Of a stretch of 64,000 nt of DNA, positions 1 to 11,575 are shown in pieces. The stretch lies in contig CM121342.1 of NCBI GenBank assembly GCA_051530055.1, positions 7,572,691 to 7,636,690 of the forward strand. Direction: 5' to 3'. The first letter of the stretch is position 1; each line of letters opens with the position of its first letter. The notes beneath the pieces are model-generated. The model saw nothing but the letters and a program-made list of their open reading frames with translations. It did no database searches and was not told the DNA's origin. The translations under genes were made by a program, and so were the position numbers. This stretch comes from Neoechinorhynchus agilis. Taxonomy: Eukaryota; Animalia; Acanthocephala.

Positions 1-2
1 AG

Positions 3-995
3 AAATTTTCACTAACGTTTAATCAAATAAAATTCATCGACGAAAATGATTTCGATTACTGGACAAGTCTTACAATACTACATCTTCAAGATAATAAAAT
101 TAAAGGTTTCCACAAAAACGCATTTTCAAAGTTAACCAACTTAAGAGATATATTTCTTGATCATAATCTAATAACAACGATCAACTCGGACAGTTTAAGG
201 AATAATCGTCTACTGGAAATCTTCTCGATTAGTTACAACCAATTAAATTATGTCAATCGCAATCTTTTCCGGAATACAAGAAAACTGGGATATATCGACT
301 TGTCCGAAAATCGAATTCGAGATTTGATTGCAAGAAATTCTCCCATGTATTTCATTCCATCGGTCATTTTACGAGGAAATAACATATCAACAATAACCTT
401 TAATAGGACAAACACTTACTTGGCTCTCGCGTACTTCGGTCTTCGCTCGGAATTCGTCCCGCAGTCAATTTTAACCGCCTTGAAAATCGATGGTCCAAGA
501 GCTACGCGGGGTATCTCGCTAAAAAACCAAAACCTGACAAAGGTGAGAGAAATCAAGGTGTGGCTACCAATCAATACTTTAACTTCTCTGGACTTGAGCA
601 ATAATCAAATAACAATGCTTGCTCCTTCCGATTTTTCAGGTTTATCCAATCTTAAATATTTGAGTCTCCAATCAAATATAATAACCGATATAAAGTCAAA
701 AGCATTTGAAGCTGCTAGCCTTTTGGAGGCTATCGATCTCAGTCAAAACGATCTCAGTACATTTCCTATTAATGCGTTCGACGGATTGGAATATCTTATA
801 TTTTTTAATCTTGCTGATAACAAACTTAGAAGTATACCAGGAAGCCTTTATGATATCAAAATGCCGAATCTTATTTTCTTGAATGTTTCAAACAATCTAG
901 TCCTAGACTTTAATATTGATCGCTTCGCAATGATGAGATCGCTTGGAGAGATAGTAGTCGGAGGAATGAAAATTGAAGCCACTTTTAATTACTGA
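3..995 (+). CDS. Leucine-rich repeat protein (extracellular-type LxxLxLxxNxI repeats), 5' end outside the window
   Basis: The frame of ORF 300..995 is open from base 3. Repeats include LTILHLQDNKI, LRDIFLDHNLI, LTSLDLSNNQI, LKYLSLQSNII, LEAIDLSQNDL. Confidence 0.85.
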   Translation, partial: KFSLTFNQIKFIDENDFDYWTSLTILHLQDNKIKGFHKNAFSKLTNLRDIFLDHNLITTINSDSLRNNRLLEIFSISYNQLNYVNRNLFRNTRKLGYIDLSENRIRDLIARNSPMYFIPSVILRGNNISTITFNRTNTYLALAYFGLRSEFVPQSILTALKIDGPRATRGISLKNQNLTKVREIKVWLPINTLTSLDLSNNQITMLAPSDFSGLSNLKYLSLQSNIITDIKSKAFEAASLLEAIDLSQNDLSTFPINAFDGLEYLIFFNLADNKLRSIPGSLYDIKMPNLIFLNVSNNLVLDFNIDRFAMMRSLGEIVVGGMKIEATFNY

Positions 996-2580
996 ATTTT
1001 AAGATCCTATTAATAAAACGCTTTATCGTTAGAAATAAAAAATTAACAATTTCCTCCACTGACCGTTGTATTCTTTAAAAATATTAAAAGAGCACTTTGT
1101 TGCTTTTTTTCTAGTGAATTGTTCGATCTGATTGACCTGAGCTGAATTTATTGTGACAGTCACAATCTGCAAAATCCTGAAGTCATTAGAACCAGTTATT
1201 TTGTTTCGAAGAGAAACAAATCAATGAAAGTACCTGGACTCATTTACACAGGCTTTAAATTCACAAATATCTGTACTAAAAAATTCAGTTTCTTTTAACC
1301 ACTTATTTCCTTTACTTCTTTTTTAATTTTTCGATTTTGAGCTTTATTACTTTGCCGAGCAACTAAAATTTTTAAGCGAAAAGATATTTAAGTGCAACTA
1401 GTATCATTCATGATTCTTAAAAATGCAAAACTTTATGTTCTCATGACTTGACATTCAGTTTTTTTATTCGCTATTGCTTTCGTCCTTGATATTTTGCCTG
1501 ACCTAAGGAAATCATATTTTTAACATCGTAATTGTCTTTTATAACTTATTATAGTAATACGATTAGACAATCACATTTGTTGAACCTTTTACATTATTTT
1601 GATCGCTAAGTTATACTAAAATAACTTACTTATAATTAATGGTCGATGTGATTATAATGAGTCGACGATAAGGGCGATTTTTAAATTTATTTAAGAAATC
1701 AGACAAAGCATCTTCGATAAAGATTTTAGCACCCTTTTCCTTTTCTTCGACGATGAAATAAATTTTTGTATGGTGATTTATTCGGTACGCTTTTAAAGTA
1801 AACATTGACTAGATGAATTATTGTTAATTTTTGTCGTCTTAGAACACAATACGCTTTAGAAATATATATATGTATATTCTGTGTTTTCGGAACAATATAT
1901 ATTTATTTTTTTAATACATATACGATAAGTTACGAATCGAAAAAAAGCTATTAGGCAATATTTTGTTGAACAGTTTATTCTTGTGTCAATTTATCGATAA
2001 ACTTAATTCTTTAAGAGATAACTGTTTATTTTACTAGCTGAATCTCGACTAAATGTCCTAAAACAGGCATACAGCTTTCTGATAATCACATAAAGATGAT
2101 AATGTCATTAATCAATTAATTTATATGTAATTAGAACTAAACTAGGAGTTAAACTTAAGACTTTTTTCTCTAATTTTGATCGAAGAAAGTTCCACTTTGA
2201 AGTAGTTAGCAAAGGTTAAAAGCATTTAATAAGGTATTCATCAAGAACAATTTACCATTTGCGTGTTATTGAGTATTCAGAATCTCACTAAACATTATAT
2301 TGCTCAAACAAATTTATAAGCGAATATTTTATTAAATCTAAATATTGAATACTTCTTATTACTGATGAATGTTGATCGATGTATTTTGCCGAAGCTACCT
2401 TAAGGAATTATTAGATCTGAATGCATTTTCGCGGAAAATACAATGTTTCTTGCAATGCAGTTTTAATGGAACAGAAAGTTGTTTATGAATTTAGTTAGTC
2501 CTTTGATCCGAAGAGTTATTTTGTATATAATGTAAAAGTGCAGAAAAACAATAGTCTACCAATGCACAGGTTTACCAGTT

Positions 2581-3939
2581 TTAATTGTTCATTTGTTCCA
2601 AAACTGCATGAATATCATTCAGCAGTTTCAAATAATCAAATGTTAGATTCCGTTCCATCGCCAATCTTTTAAAATCACTAACAATTTGTTCGGTCGCAAG
2701 AGCACAAGTCGCAAACAACAAGGTTCGTTCGTTGTAGGACAAATTTTGGTTTATAATATTGAAATCGATATAATCGAGGACCTTCTCTGTGACTCTATCT
2801 CTAGTCGCCTGATCGATTGTTGTTAGATCCATTAAACTAATCACTGTTGAAGTATTTTTTCTCTGATTTGCTTCTGTTTTATTCATAGGATCGAGCTCCA
2901 AATGATACAAATGCTGAATTTTATTGTATTGCGTATTTAAACGGGTTAGGAGATTAGCAAGCATTTCATTGGATTCCGTTTGTTGAATATCCTTAAGTTT
3001 CGTACACAAAGATTTGAGGGTGAATGCTATTAATAAGCTACTTTGTTGTTTTTGAGCAATTTCCAACGACGATTTTTTCAAGTTCCAAAGTTCGTGTAGC
3101 ACTGCGGCAGTGCCGGTAAAAGGTTCAGAGAAAACGGGAGTTTGTATATCAGACGATTCGGTTTCCGAAACGGTATCAGTCGACAAACTTTCTGGATTAG
3201 TGGATTGTGGCAATGTTGCATTTGTCAATGGATAAACAGAACCGTTTTCGTTATCAAAAGATACATTTTGATTCGACTTTGCTGATATGCTGTCCGAAAT
3301 CACGCTTTTTGAATCAATCTCTAAATGTTCTGTGATAGGTTTTCGAACGTCAAAATCGGGAATTCGACGAGATTGTTCAAAAGGATGAAACCTTCGTTCA
3401 AATTCACTCCTTTCATTTGTTTCGATTTCTTGTTCTTGGACTGTCTGTGTGGCTTTATCGCTAAAAATCCTAATGCGCACCGCCTGACTGCTACTTCTCC
3501 ATATAGCATTCGAAATGGATTTAATCAATTGAGAAAACTCATTGAAATTGTCCGGATTGTCTGATAACTTCTCAATACTGTTTAACTTTTCAAAATCTCT
3601 TTCTTGGATCTCGCTGCCCTTAATAACAGTTCGTTCAACCAATTCTTTTTCTTCAATAGCAGGATCTTTTGTCTTATCTAGCTTAAAATTTTCATCCTCT
3701 ATAGCTTTTACGAATTCTGATTCCGCCACGTGAAGATCATTAGGAATTTCTTTTTTGATATCAGAAATTTTTACCGTCTTCAGCCAATTAAATTTTTTCT
3801 TCGCGGATGATACTGTAATTTCATTTTTATTTAACTGGATATCCTTTGGTATTCTACATGAGGATTTGCAAGAGTAGCATCGTCTAACCCGCGGCTTATC
3901 GAAATTAGACTGATTCAAATCGCCGATTCGCTTATCCAT
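2581..3939 (-). CDS. Hypothetical 452-aa protein (charged, low-complexity middle; helical C-terminus)
   Basis: 1.36 kb uninterrupted ATG-initiated ORF in AT-rich DNA; no motif recognised. Confidence 0.65.
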   Translation of the reverse strand: MDKRIGDLNQSNFDKPRVRRCYSCKSSCRIPKDIQLNKNEITVSSAKKKFNWLKTVKISDIKKEIPNDLHVAESEFVKAIEDENFKLDKTKDPAIEEKELVERTVIKGSEIQERDFEKLNSIEKLSDNPDNFNEFSQLIKSISNAIWRSSSQAVRIRIFSDKATQTVQEQEIETNERSEFERRFHPFEQSRRIPDFDVRKPITEHLEIDSKSVISDSISAKSNQNVSFDNENGSVYPLTNATLPQSTNPESLSTDTVSETESSDIQTPVFSEPFTGTAAVLHELWNLKKSSLEIAQKQQSSLLIAFTLKSLCTKLKDIQQTESNEMLANLLTRLNTQYNKIQHLYHLELDPMNKTEANQRKNTSTVISLMDLTTIDQATRDRVTEKVLDYIDFNIINQNLSYNERTLLFATCALATEQIVSDFKRLAMERNLTFDYLKLLNDIHAVLEQMNN

Positions 3940-4332
3940 ATTTGCTGATTTATAAAAAGTAAGTATAAATATCTTTTCGTTTCCAAGGCGACACCTAAAT
4001 TCATGTTTACGCCAGTCTCAACTGGGAAAAGGAAATTAGTTACAAATTTGATAAATTTTAACAAAAGACTTTTAACATGTTCTTTATAACAATGACAGAA
4101 TGCAATTGCACTTTAGTACTCGTCGATATGCCGAAAAATACAACGGAAACTTATTGCATAATCGCGAAGAATTTTTACCGCATTTTATTGATGAAAATGT
4201 GTTCACAAATTAGTAACTGATTTTAAATAAATATTTATGGGTCCAAAAAATTAAACAAAAAGTTCAGTTTGATTCGTAGCACTTTAATGATGTTAAAACA
4301 GAAAAACATGTTTAATATTTTCTAATAGAGAT

Positions 4333-6743
4333 TTTTAGAATTTATTTATGAAAATCATAGTTAGGAATGTAAAAATATATTGCAAATAAATATAATTTAA
4401 GCAATTTATCTATGAGCAATCCTCTATGGATCAGTTGCATCAGATTTATACATACGACAAAAGATGCGATCGCAATGAAGCGTATTTCGTAGTCTTATAG
4501 GAAAGCCTAGTTTTATATTTTTCTCGCCAATTTTCGACTTTATCTTTGTTTACTAGTTGAAACGAATATTACTTAAGTGAATCTGAATTTAGAACTAAAC
4601 AAATTCGATTCGACATTTTTTATTCGCGCGTTTTGTAATGGAAAATTTTTCATTAATTTCTGATCAATTTAAAAAATATTTAATGTTGTGGAAAGCACTT
4701 AGAATAATTTATTTATTTGGGAACGTAAATACTAAACAATATCTTTCAGGCAATATAAAAATAATTATTCCCAAATAATTGTGTATCGAGCGGTCGTACA
4801 AGGAACCAAATATGTTAAATATTTGTATAAATTTATCAATATTTGTACATTTACTCAAACGAATGTGATGGTTGTATTCCTTCTGTTGCTAACCAACTCC
4901 TTAACATACTGCTTCATTTTATTAAAAGGAAAGGTATCCATTGATCTGCAAAACAATTCGTTAATATTTATTAAATAAAATAATTTGGAATATATTAGAA
5001 TGTTAATCGTCAAAAAATCGTCTAGTTATTCTTCACTTGTCCGAAGATAATACCTTCGGTTTATCTGTTGTCCATCTTACGAAAGGAGATTTGGATAGCG
5101 AAGCCTTATCACATTTTGTACATCCAATAGCAACGCTCTAATTGGTATTCGTTGATCTTGCACTTCCAGGTCGTTTGCAATCCTAATAAACTCGTACCCG
5201 ATTCTTTGAACTCTCCAAAGTTTTACAATAATTCGTGTCCATTCGAACGTATCGACATATAAAAGTTGAGCTTCAAATACGTTTCCAAGAACAATTGCTC
5301 GAAAAAGAATTTCATCGAAAATTGAACCCGTTGAGGGCGACATGCCATCTTCTAGACTGCATGGATATGCCATATCCGGCACTAATGCAAATTGCGGTTC
5401 GCAGGTAAATATGAAACATTCTTCTACGATTGCCGTAATACCGAAATCGACCAAATAAACGGTATAAAGACGATATTGTCGAATTAAAATGCGAGCTCGG
5501 TAATATTGCCCTCCATAAGCTACAACGTGAATAGTCATTTCATCTCCTGATCCATGGTCATTGTCATTCTGGTTAGCGGGACTAGAATAATAATCATTCA
5601 TTTCATAGAGAAAATTTGAATTATATTCAGCTTCGTTCAATGGCCAAACGTAAAATTGGTAGGGACCCATTGCACCGATAACACGCACCAAGCTATTCTC
5701 GAAAAACGCAGCAGCTACAGGGATATTTTCGTTCAAATGAGCCAGCGTTTCATTGTCCTCGGGGTGTTCAGGTCTGAGAAAATAAGACGACCCATCTCTG
5801 CTCTCTTGGTCGGATTGCATTAGCTCATCTTCGTTTTGATCGTTATTCATTTTTGGGCAATATAGCTTTTTCGCTTTTGTGACCTTCTCAGAAAGGGTTT
5901 CGCTTTGTGGTATAATTACATTACGTAATCATTATATAATTAAAAAACAATTTCTGGAAAATGCTGATTGATAAATTATTATTTACTAGATAATAATTGC
6001 ATTTCTACCAATAAGAATCCATGAATATGCGACTGGTGTTTTTAAGCTGCATCAAGAATTTCAATGTTTCAAAGTTGGAAAAATTTGTCATACTATTTAT
6101 TTCGAGATCTGAACTGAAAATCAGTGATTTTATTTCAATGTTTTGCTCGATTAATCTTAGCGGCTGATTAATCCACCACGTCATAGGATTATTCTGTTTA
6201 TTGGTTTGCTGAAGTATTGGATACTTTTCTGCTCTATTTTATTCCATCTTTTATCGTTGCATTTCTTTTGAGGCATCATGAAAATCTGAACAGATCTAAA
6301 GCCATTAGTTATAATCGATTTTTTTCAAGTCAATAAACGAGTTGTAAAAACGACTTAATGCTTATCTTATTAACGGGTTTGGCCTATAATGTGTACTTTT
6401 TGTTTCCAACTTGATGAAAACTTTTGATTGCCCGAATTTGTTGCAAGTTAGTTGCTTATTTATGGCGTAAAAATTAAAGGAATTTATTTTTTTAAGAATG
6501 AAATTTTAAGCTCTGCATCAAGAAATTTATTAGATCCGATATTTAGGCAAAATCTCGTGCTTTTATGACGCTTAAAGCATGTTCTGAGTTTTATGTAAAA
6601 TATAGTTTCAAATTATTCAATACATTAAAACAGTAAAGAATGGAAAAGAAGCTATTAAACACCCTTTTATAAAAAGAGTGGTTTTTATTATCATTCATCG
6701 ATAAACAATTTTTTCAAAAACTATTAATATTACCAGCAGAATT
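4333..6743. repeat. Segmental duplication A, copy 1 (about 2.4 kb, contains the Tudor gene)
   Basis: Near-identical to 11576..14012; identical 257-aa ORFs at offset 7243. Confidence 0.95.
5077..5850 (-). CDS. Single extended-Tudor domain protein, copy 1 (intronless)
   Basis: VRVIGAMGPYQFYV ... YGGQYYRARIL ... VYLVDFG ... QFALVPDMAYPCSL matches the extended Tudor pattern. Confidence 0.85.
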   Translation of the reverse strand: MNNDQNEDELMQSDQESRDGSSYFLRPEHPEDNETLAHLNENIPVAAAFFENSLVRVIGAMGPYQFYVWPLNEAEYNSNFLYEMNDYYSSPANQNDNDHGSGDEMTIHVVAYGGQYYRARILIRQYRLYTVYLVDFGITAIVEECFIFTCEPQFALVPDMAYPCSLEDGMSPSTGSIFDEILFRAIVLGNVFEAQLLYVDTFEWTRIIVKLWRVQRIGYEFIRIANDLEVQDQRIPIRALLLDVQNVIRLRYPNLLS

Positions 6744-7805
6744 CTCGATTAAACGAGCTAAAATATGACTACAGCCTCCTGGGAATCAAAAAAGCTGAAA
6801 ACAATGTCATTAATTTATCTGTAATTAGAATTAAATTGGAGGTTAAACTCAAGACTTTCTTCCTATTTCGCTCTTCAATTGTGATCAATTTCTTAGGCTA
6901 ATCGTTGGAAATTTAAATCTTTTTAAATGGTTAGTGAATGTTATGAACAATTGGCCATCATTGTAAACCGAGTTCTTTCAATATCCGTTGGAACTTCTTT
7001 CATCACCTGCATTTTTTTGTTAAAAGGTCACTAGATATTATAAGGATGCTCATCAAAAGTTCATTTTTGATCGTTCAGCAGTCATATAATAAGACTACCA
7101 AAATATACGGCAGTTATATGTCGTTCGTATTATCAAATGTCAAGCCTTACTCGTATATTTGTGATGCGCTGGTTTTCAGATAATTAAGGAGTCAATAATA
7201 TATTGATTGAGTTCAACAAAGAAGATAATCTATTGCTGCATTTATTCCTGAACTTTTAAACAATATGTAACTTTCTAAGCAAAGATTCTAAGCACAAATT
7301 CGCGCATTGTAGAGTTTCAAAAAAAATCACGTAGCGCTGGTTTTTGTGGGTTTTTTTGCGCTCGGAACCGATTTCAATATCAATGAGACCTCCAGAACCT
7401 CCGGATTTCGCTGGCTTTCGTTGACCAAATACTGTGGACTGATACATCGACGAAGAAAAAGTAACGGTTAGTTGTTTGCTCCCGTGTGTGTGATATAAGT
7501 TGTCTTGAGTGATTGTGCCCACATTTTAAAGAAATTTTGTTAACATACAAATTCCTCCTGTACTAATGCTTCATAGCTCCTTAAAAGACTAACAGGAAGG
7601 AGAATTACATTTGTAAAGTACCTGATGGAGCAACCGGGGGTTAAAACCATAACTGCTTTGATAGAAACCTTCTTTTCTAAATTCCTAAAACTTAAAGACA
7701 AAGAATGTTTCAACACAAAGTTTGCAACAATGTTAATTTTTTGTGAACTTAATAACAAACAATTATTTCGATGTGTGGCCTGGCGCACAGCTCACCGACC
7801 TGGTT

Positions 7806-7875
7806 CGGGACGAAATACCGCTGAAGGGAGGAAACTCACTGATGAGTCCCGCCTCCTGGAGGTATCGGAGGATCC
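7806..7875 (+). ncRNA. Candidate hammerhead ribozyme with rearranged (non-circularly permuted) topology
   Basis: CGGGAC-GAAA-TACC (7806-7819), GGAAACTCA-CTGATGA-GTCCCG (7830-7851), GGTA-TC-GGAGGATCC (7861-7875). Stems II and III are perfect; stem I has a closing A.G mismatch. Confidence 0.65.
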
Positions 7876-8399
7876 GGAGGAATGTACATACTCGTACCGG
7901 ATGGTTCAGTGCTTTGAGTAATTGAATTACTACTCTGAACCAAGTACCGGCTGACCAATCTTCATAAAAACAATTATTTGTCCAAATGCTAAATGACTTC
8001 AACATCAAAATTTATTGATATGTCTTTGAAAGTTAATCTAATTATGTCTAACCCTCCAGCGGAGCTCTCTAGGGATTAATTAAACGAAATCCAAGAGGAA
8101 CAAACAATTATTCCCATTAAAAATCTGAGAAGACATCCCAATTCGGAACCATACAAATTATTATGCTCAGCCCAACTCAATTTGGCTGAAGGAATAAGTT
8201 GGTCATGGCGATGCATTAGATCTCATTGGTAACTGTCGGGAAACTAAAGAAGTCAAGTTATTATTCCAATTTAATTATTCGTCAAAAATGCGCCGGACAT
8301 TTTGCTTTGATTTGCATTTACATTGAACGCTTTCTCATGTGTGCCGCTTCCCATTTAAAAAACGTTTGTTCATTATACTAAAATCACCGACGAAAATTG

Positions 8400-11300
8400 T
8401 GCAGGAGTGCACTCAACATTCTCTAAAAAATGATCTTCGAAAACAAAGAAGATCTGGGAACTAATTAGCAGCGCGGGAGATACTCCCAAAATTACCCAAG
8501 ACAAAAAAGTAAATAATTATTTCAGTGAGATAAATAATCCTCACCTAGAACTCCCCCAGAACGATTTCGTCATTTTGATTATAACTGACCATACAAAGCT
8601 CATAACGAGATCGAAATCCCGCGTTGTCCCATGCAAGAGATCGCTATTCCCAAGAAAATACTTAATTGGATCATTGGTCAAATTTCTGATTTGACTACAA
8701 ATTATGCGGATACCTCCCGGATCTCCCAATTAACTGAATACATAGGAGTTCTAAAAAGCATGCTCTATGTTTCCGAAAGGGAGAAGAGAGACCACTCGTC
8801 CAATTCGAGGGACTCTTCACCTAACTCCTTTTATGTTGAAGAAACGAAGTGTATCAAATTAGAAATTTAAAACAATTTTCTTTTTTTACTTACAATGCGT
8901 CGTAATCATATAGATTGCCGACCTACATTTTTAATCGCATATCCGAGAAAACGCCGGAGATCATTTGTTCTCAAGATAAGGATCCCTTACCGTTAATTTT
9001 TTGTCACATCTATAAAAGTCTCTTTATTAATCGCTCCGCTCTACACCCAAATGCTTTCAAAATACCTCACTGCAAATGACTAAATTCACAAGACAATTCT
9101 CAACGTTACTGTCAATTTGGAACTTATACTTTATTATTAGGAATTTTCTATCAGCGTTAAGACCCATTTTCAAAAATCACCAACTTGTTCTACCTCAATT
9201 CATTTCGTAATCTTTCCTGAAGGAGACATTCATTTATTGATGGCGCTGTTATTAAAAACAATGGATTTCACGCCCATATAACAAATTCAGTCTTAATCAT
9301 TTTTTGGTATGATTTTATAATTTTTCCTACATTGGGCCTGACTTTAAACGGCTTATTTATTTTGAGTCATTCAAACCTAGTTAAATTTGATAATTCTATT
9401 CTAGCTGAATTCGGTTCATTCTGGAATATGCCATTAGTTTATTTTAATCATATGATTCCCCGATCAATGAAAACAGACTCTACTTGTATCACAACTTATC
9501 GAGAAACCCCCCAAATGTAACGATGCTAATTTATTTTATAAAAGGGCTATCATCGTTAACTGATGCGTTTATCTTAATACACAAATGAAAAAAATTTTGA
9601 CGACCGAATTTTAATACCAATATAGTAAAGATAGGGATTTTCTTCATAAAAACTTCTAAAAAAATTTTGTTCATTTTTATAAATAGGAAGCCAATAGGTT
9701 GGAAGGCCAAAGCGAAGAGCTGGATTGGATTCCATATTGAGCAAATCCTAAACTTCTACACTTTTAGTGCATGTGATTCGCCTCCTAATCCATTTAAATA
9801 AATCATGTATAATTCTATTAACTAGATCTTATCTTCCGAAAAGATGCTTAATTAATTTCTTAAAATCCTCGTCTTTTAATAAAGGAATGGATATTAAAAG
9901 CATCCTCCCAAGAATAGTATCAAAGGTAAATCCATTTGTCTTCTGCAAGTGGCCGTTGGACGGAGCTAAGGTATCAATTTTCAATATTTTTTTAAGACGA
10001 CGTATTAACGATATGGAATTTCTGGATAAGAGATATTGGTATATTGATTGGAAGAGAGAGAGACGTTCGGAGGATATAAATACGGAACTCGGCGTAAAAC
10101 GTCCATACGTCCTATGGACCAGGTTAAAGCATCATGATCAACTAAGTGAAAAAAGGATACTTCCTGGAAAACGTAAGGTAATAAATTAAGACTCTTCTTG
10201 AGAATAATAAGGTCTAAAAAGTGAATGGACATCCTTAGTTATATTATAATAAGTAGGAGGTGAAGACAGAGACAAATCGTGAAGGGGTTTAAGCACCTTA
10301 ACTATGGCTTTGGTCCATTTTGTTGAAGGGTCATTAAAGTCACAACAATAAAGTCAATGCTGGGTTTAAGAAACCCTTTTATAATCTCCTCAACGTGATG
10401 ACGATGGACAAAATCAGGTCGATAATACAGATTAACCGTGATGGGACTTTAAAAAGTGGGACTAGAAGGTCCTGTAATAAAAGAAACTAAATCGGAAGAG
10501 TTGAAATGGGCTAGTAAGTTGAAAAATTGTGACTTTCAGATTCTTGTAATAAAAAATTGAGATTTCAGGAATAAGATGCGTAATATCGGAAAGATTATTC
10601 GTCCTTCCCCAATTAAACTGTAACAAGCGAAAATTCTCCGCCATTACTTGAGCTTATGCGTGAATTCGAACCTACGATGGTCCTCTTGGAGATTTTCCTG
10701 ATCATCGATTTTGAGCCAAGAGTAAGGAGCACAACTCCAGAGTTGATATGAAAGGATTCATCTTCAATGATATCATTGACAAATTCGGAATCATTCTCTT
10801 TGAGGCCAATGTGAACGCCCTCGCAGGCGGGCTCAACAGGGTTAGAACTCTTCAAAAGGGAGGAATTTGTATCCGTGATAACTGATTTGAGTATATCGTG
10901 GAGATTGTAATGACCTTCGAAATTATTGGGCTTATTCCCTTTTCGAAGGTTTCTATAGCTTCTGTGATGCGAGATTGCATTAATGTAATGATACGGTTAC
11001 AGGTCTTCTCAAAACGATGCTCCAATTGTTCAAGATTAATAAATTGACTGTTTGAATGGTTTGAGATGGGTTTGAATATCTTAGTGACATAGTCTACAGA
11101 TCAAGAGCTCAAAGAGACGAGAGTAGAACCATGAGCTACTATGATGGATAAACAAGGAGAAGTGTTTTTCTTCTTATTGAATCAAGCTCAGTATTTTAAA
11201 ATTCTGGGCATCCTTTGCAAAAGTTTGCATGCTGTCCTTGACATTTCGCACAACGTCCATTTCGGGGGGTTTGGGCAGTTGTCAGAGGCATGATTCGATT

Positions 11301-11570
11301 CCGTATAACGACAAAATTTAGTGGCAGGATAAGAGCATTTGCAGCACCAGTTGCCCGACGTTTGGTAGATATTACAGCGAGGGAAGATGAATTCGTCTTT
11401 TTCGCAGTTTTACTAAGCTCAGTATTTTAAAATCCTGGGCATCCTTTGCAAAAGGTTGCATGCTGTCCATGATATTTCGCACAACGTCCATTTCGGGGGG
11501 TTTGGGCAGTTGTCAGAGGCATGATTCGATTCCGTATAACGACAAAATTTAGTGGCGGGATAAGAGCATC
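8400..11570 (-). mobile_element. Heavily decayed LINE-like element; the CCHC-knuckle region is internally duplicated (about 11180-11335 and 11415-11569)
   Basis: Minus-strand remnants include Cys/His knuckles (KFCRY..SNHASDNCP, CAKCQGQHANFCKGCP) and a PGP-D RT-like remnant near 10.1 kb, with many stops. Boundaries are approximate. Confidence 0.45.
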
Positions 11571-11575
11571 AGCGG

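Noticed and set aside
2040-2170. Dispersed similarity to 6744-6865
   Set aside because: Short, degenerate repeat remnant with no assignable family.
7821-7848. A second, nested minimal hammerhead: CUGAAGG-GAG-GAAA-CUCA-CUGA-UGAG-UC
   Set aside because: A9 is G, there is no stem II and only 1 bp of stem I. The CUCA/UGAG hairpin could still be an inhibitory alternative fold that hides the CUGAUGA core.
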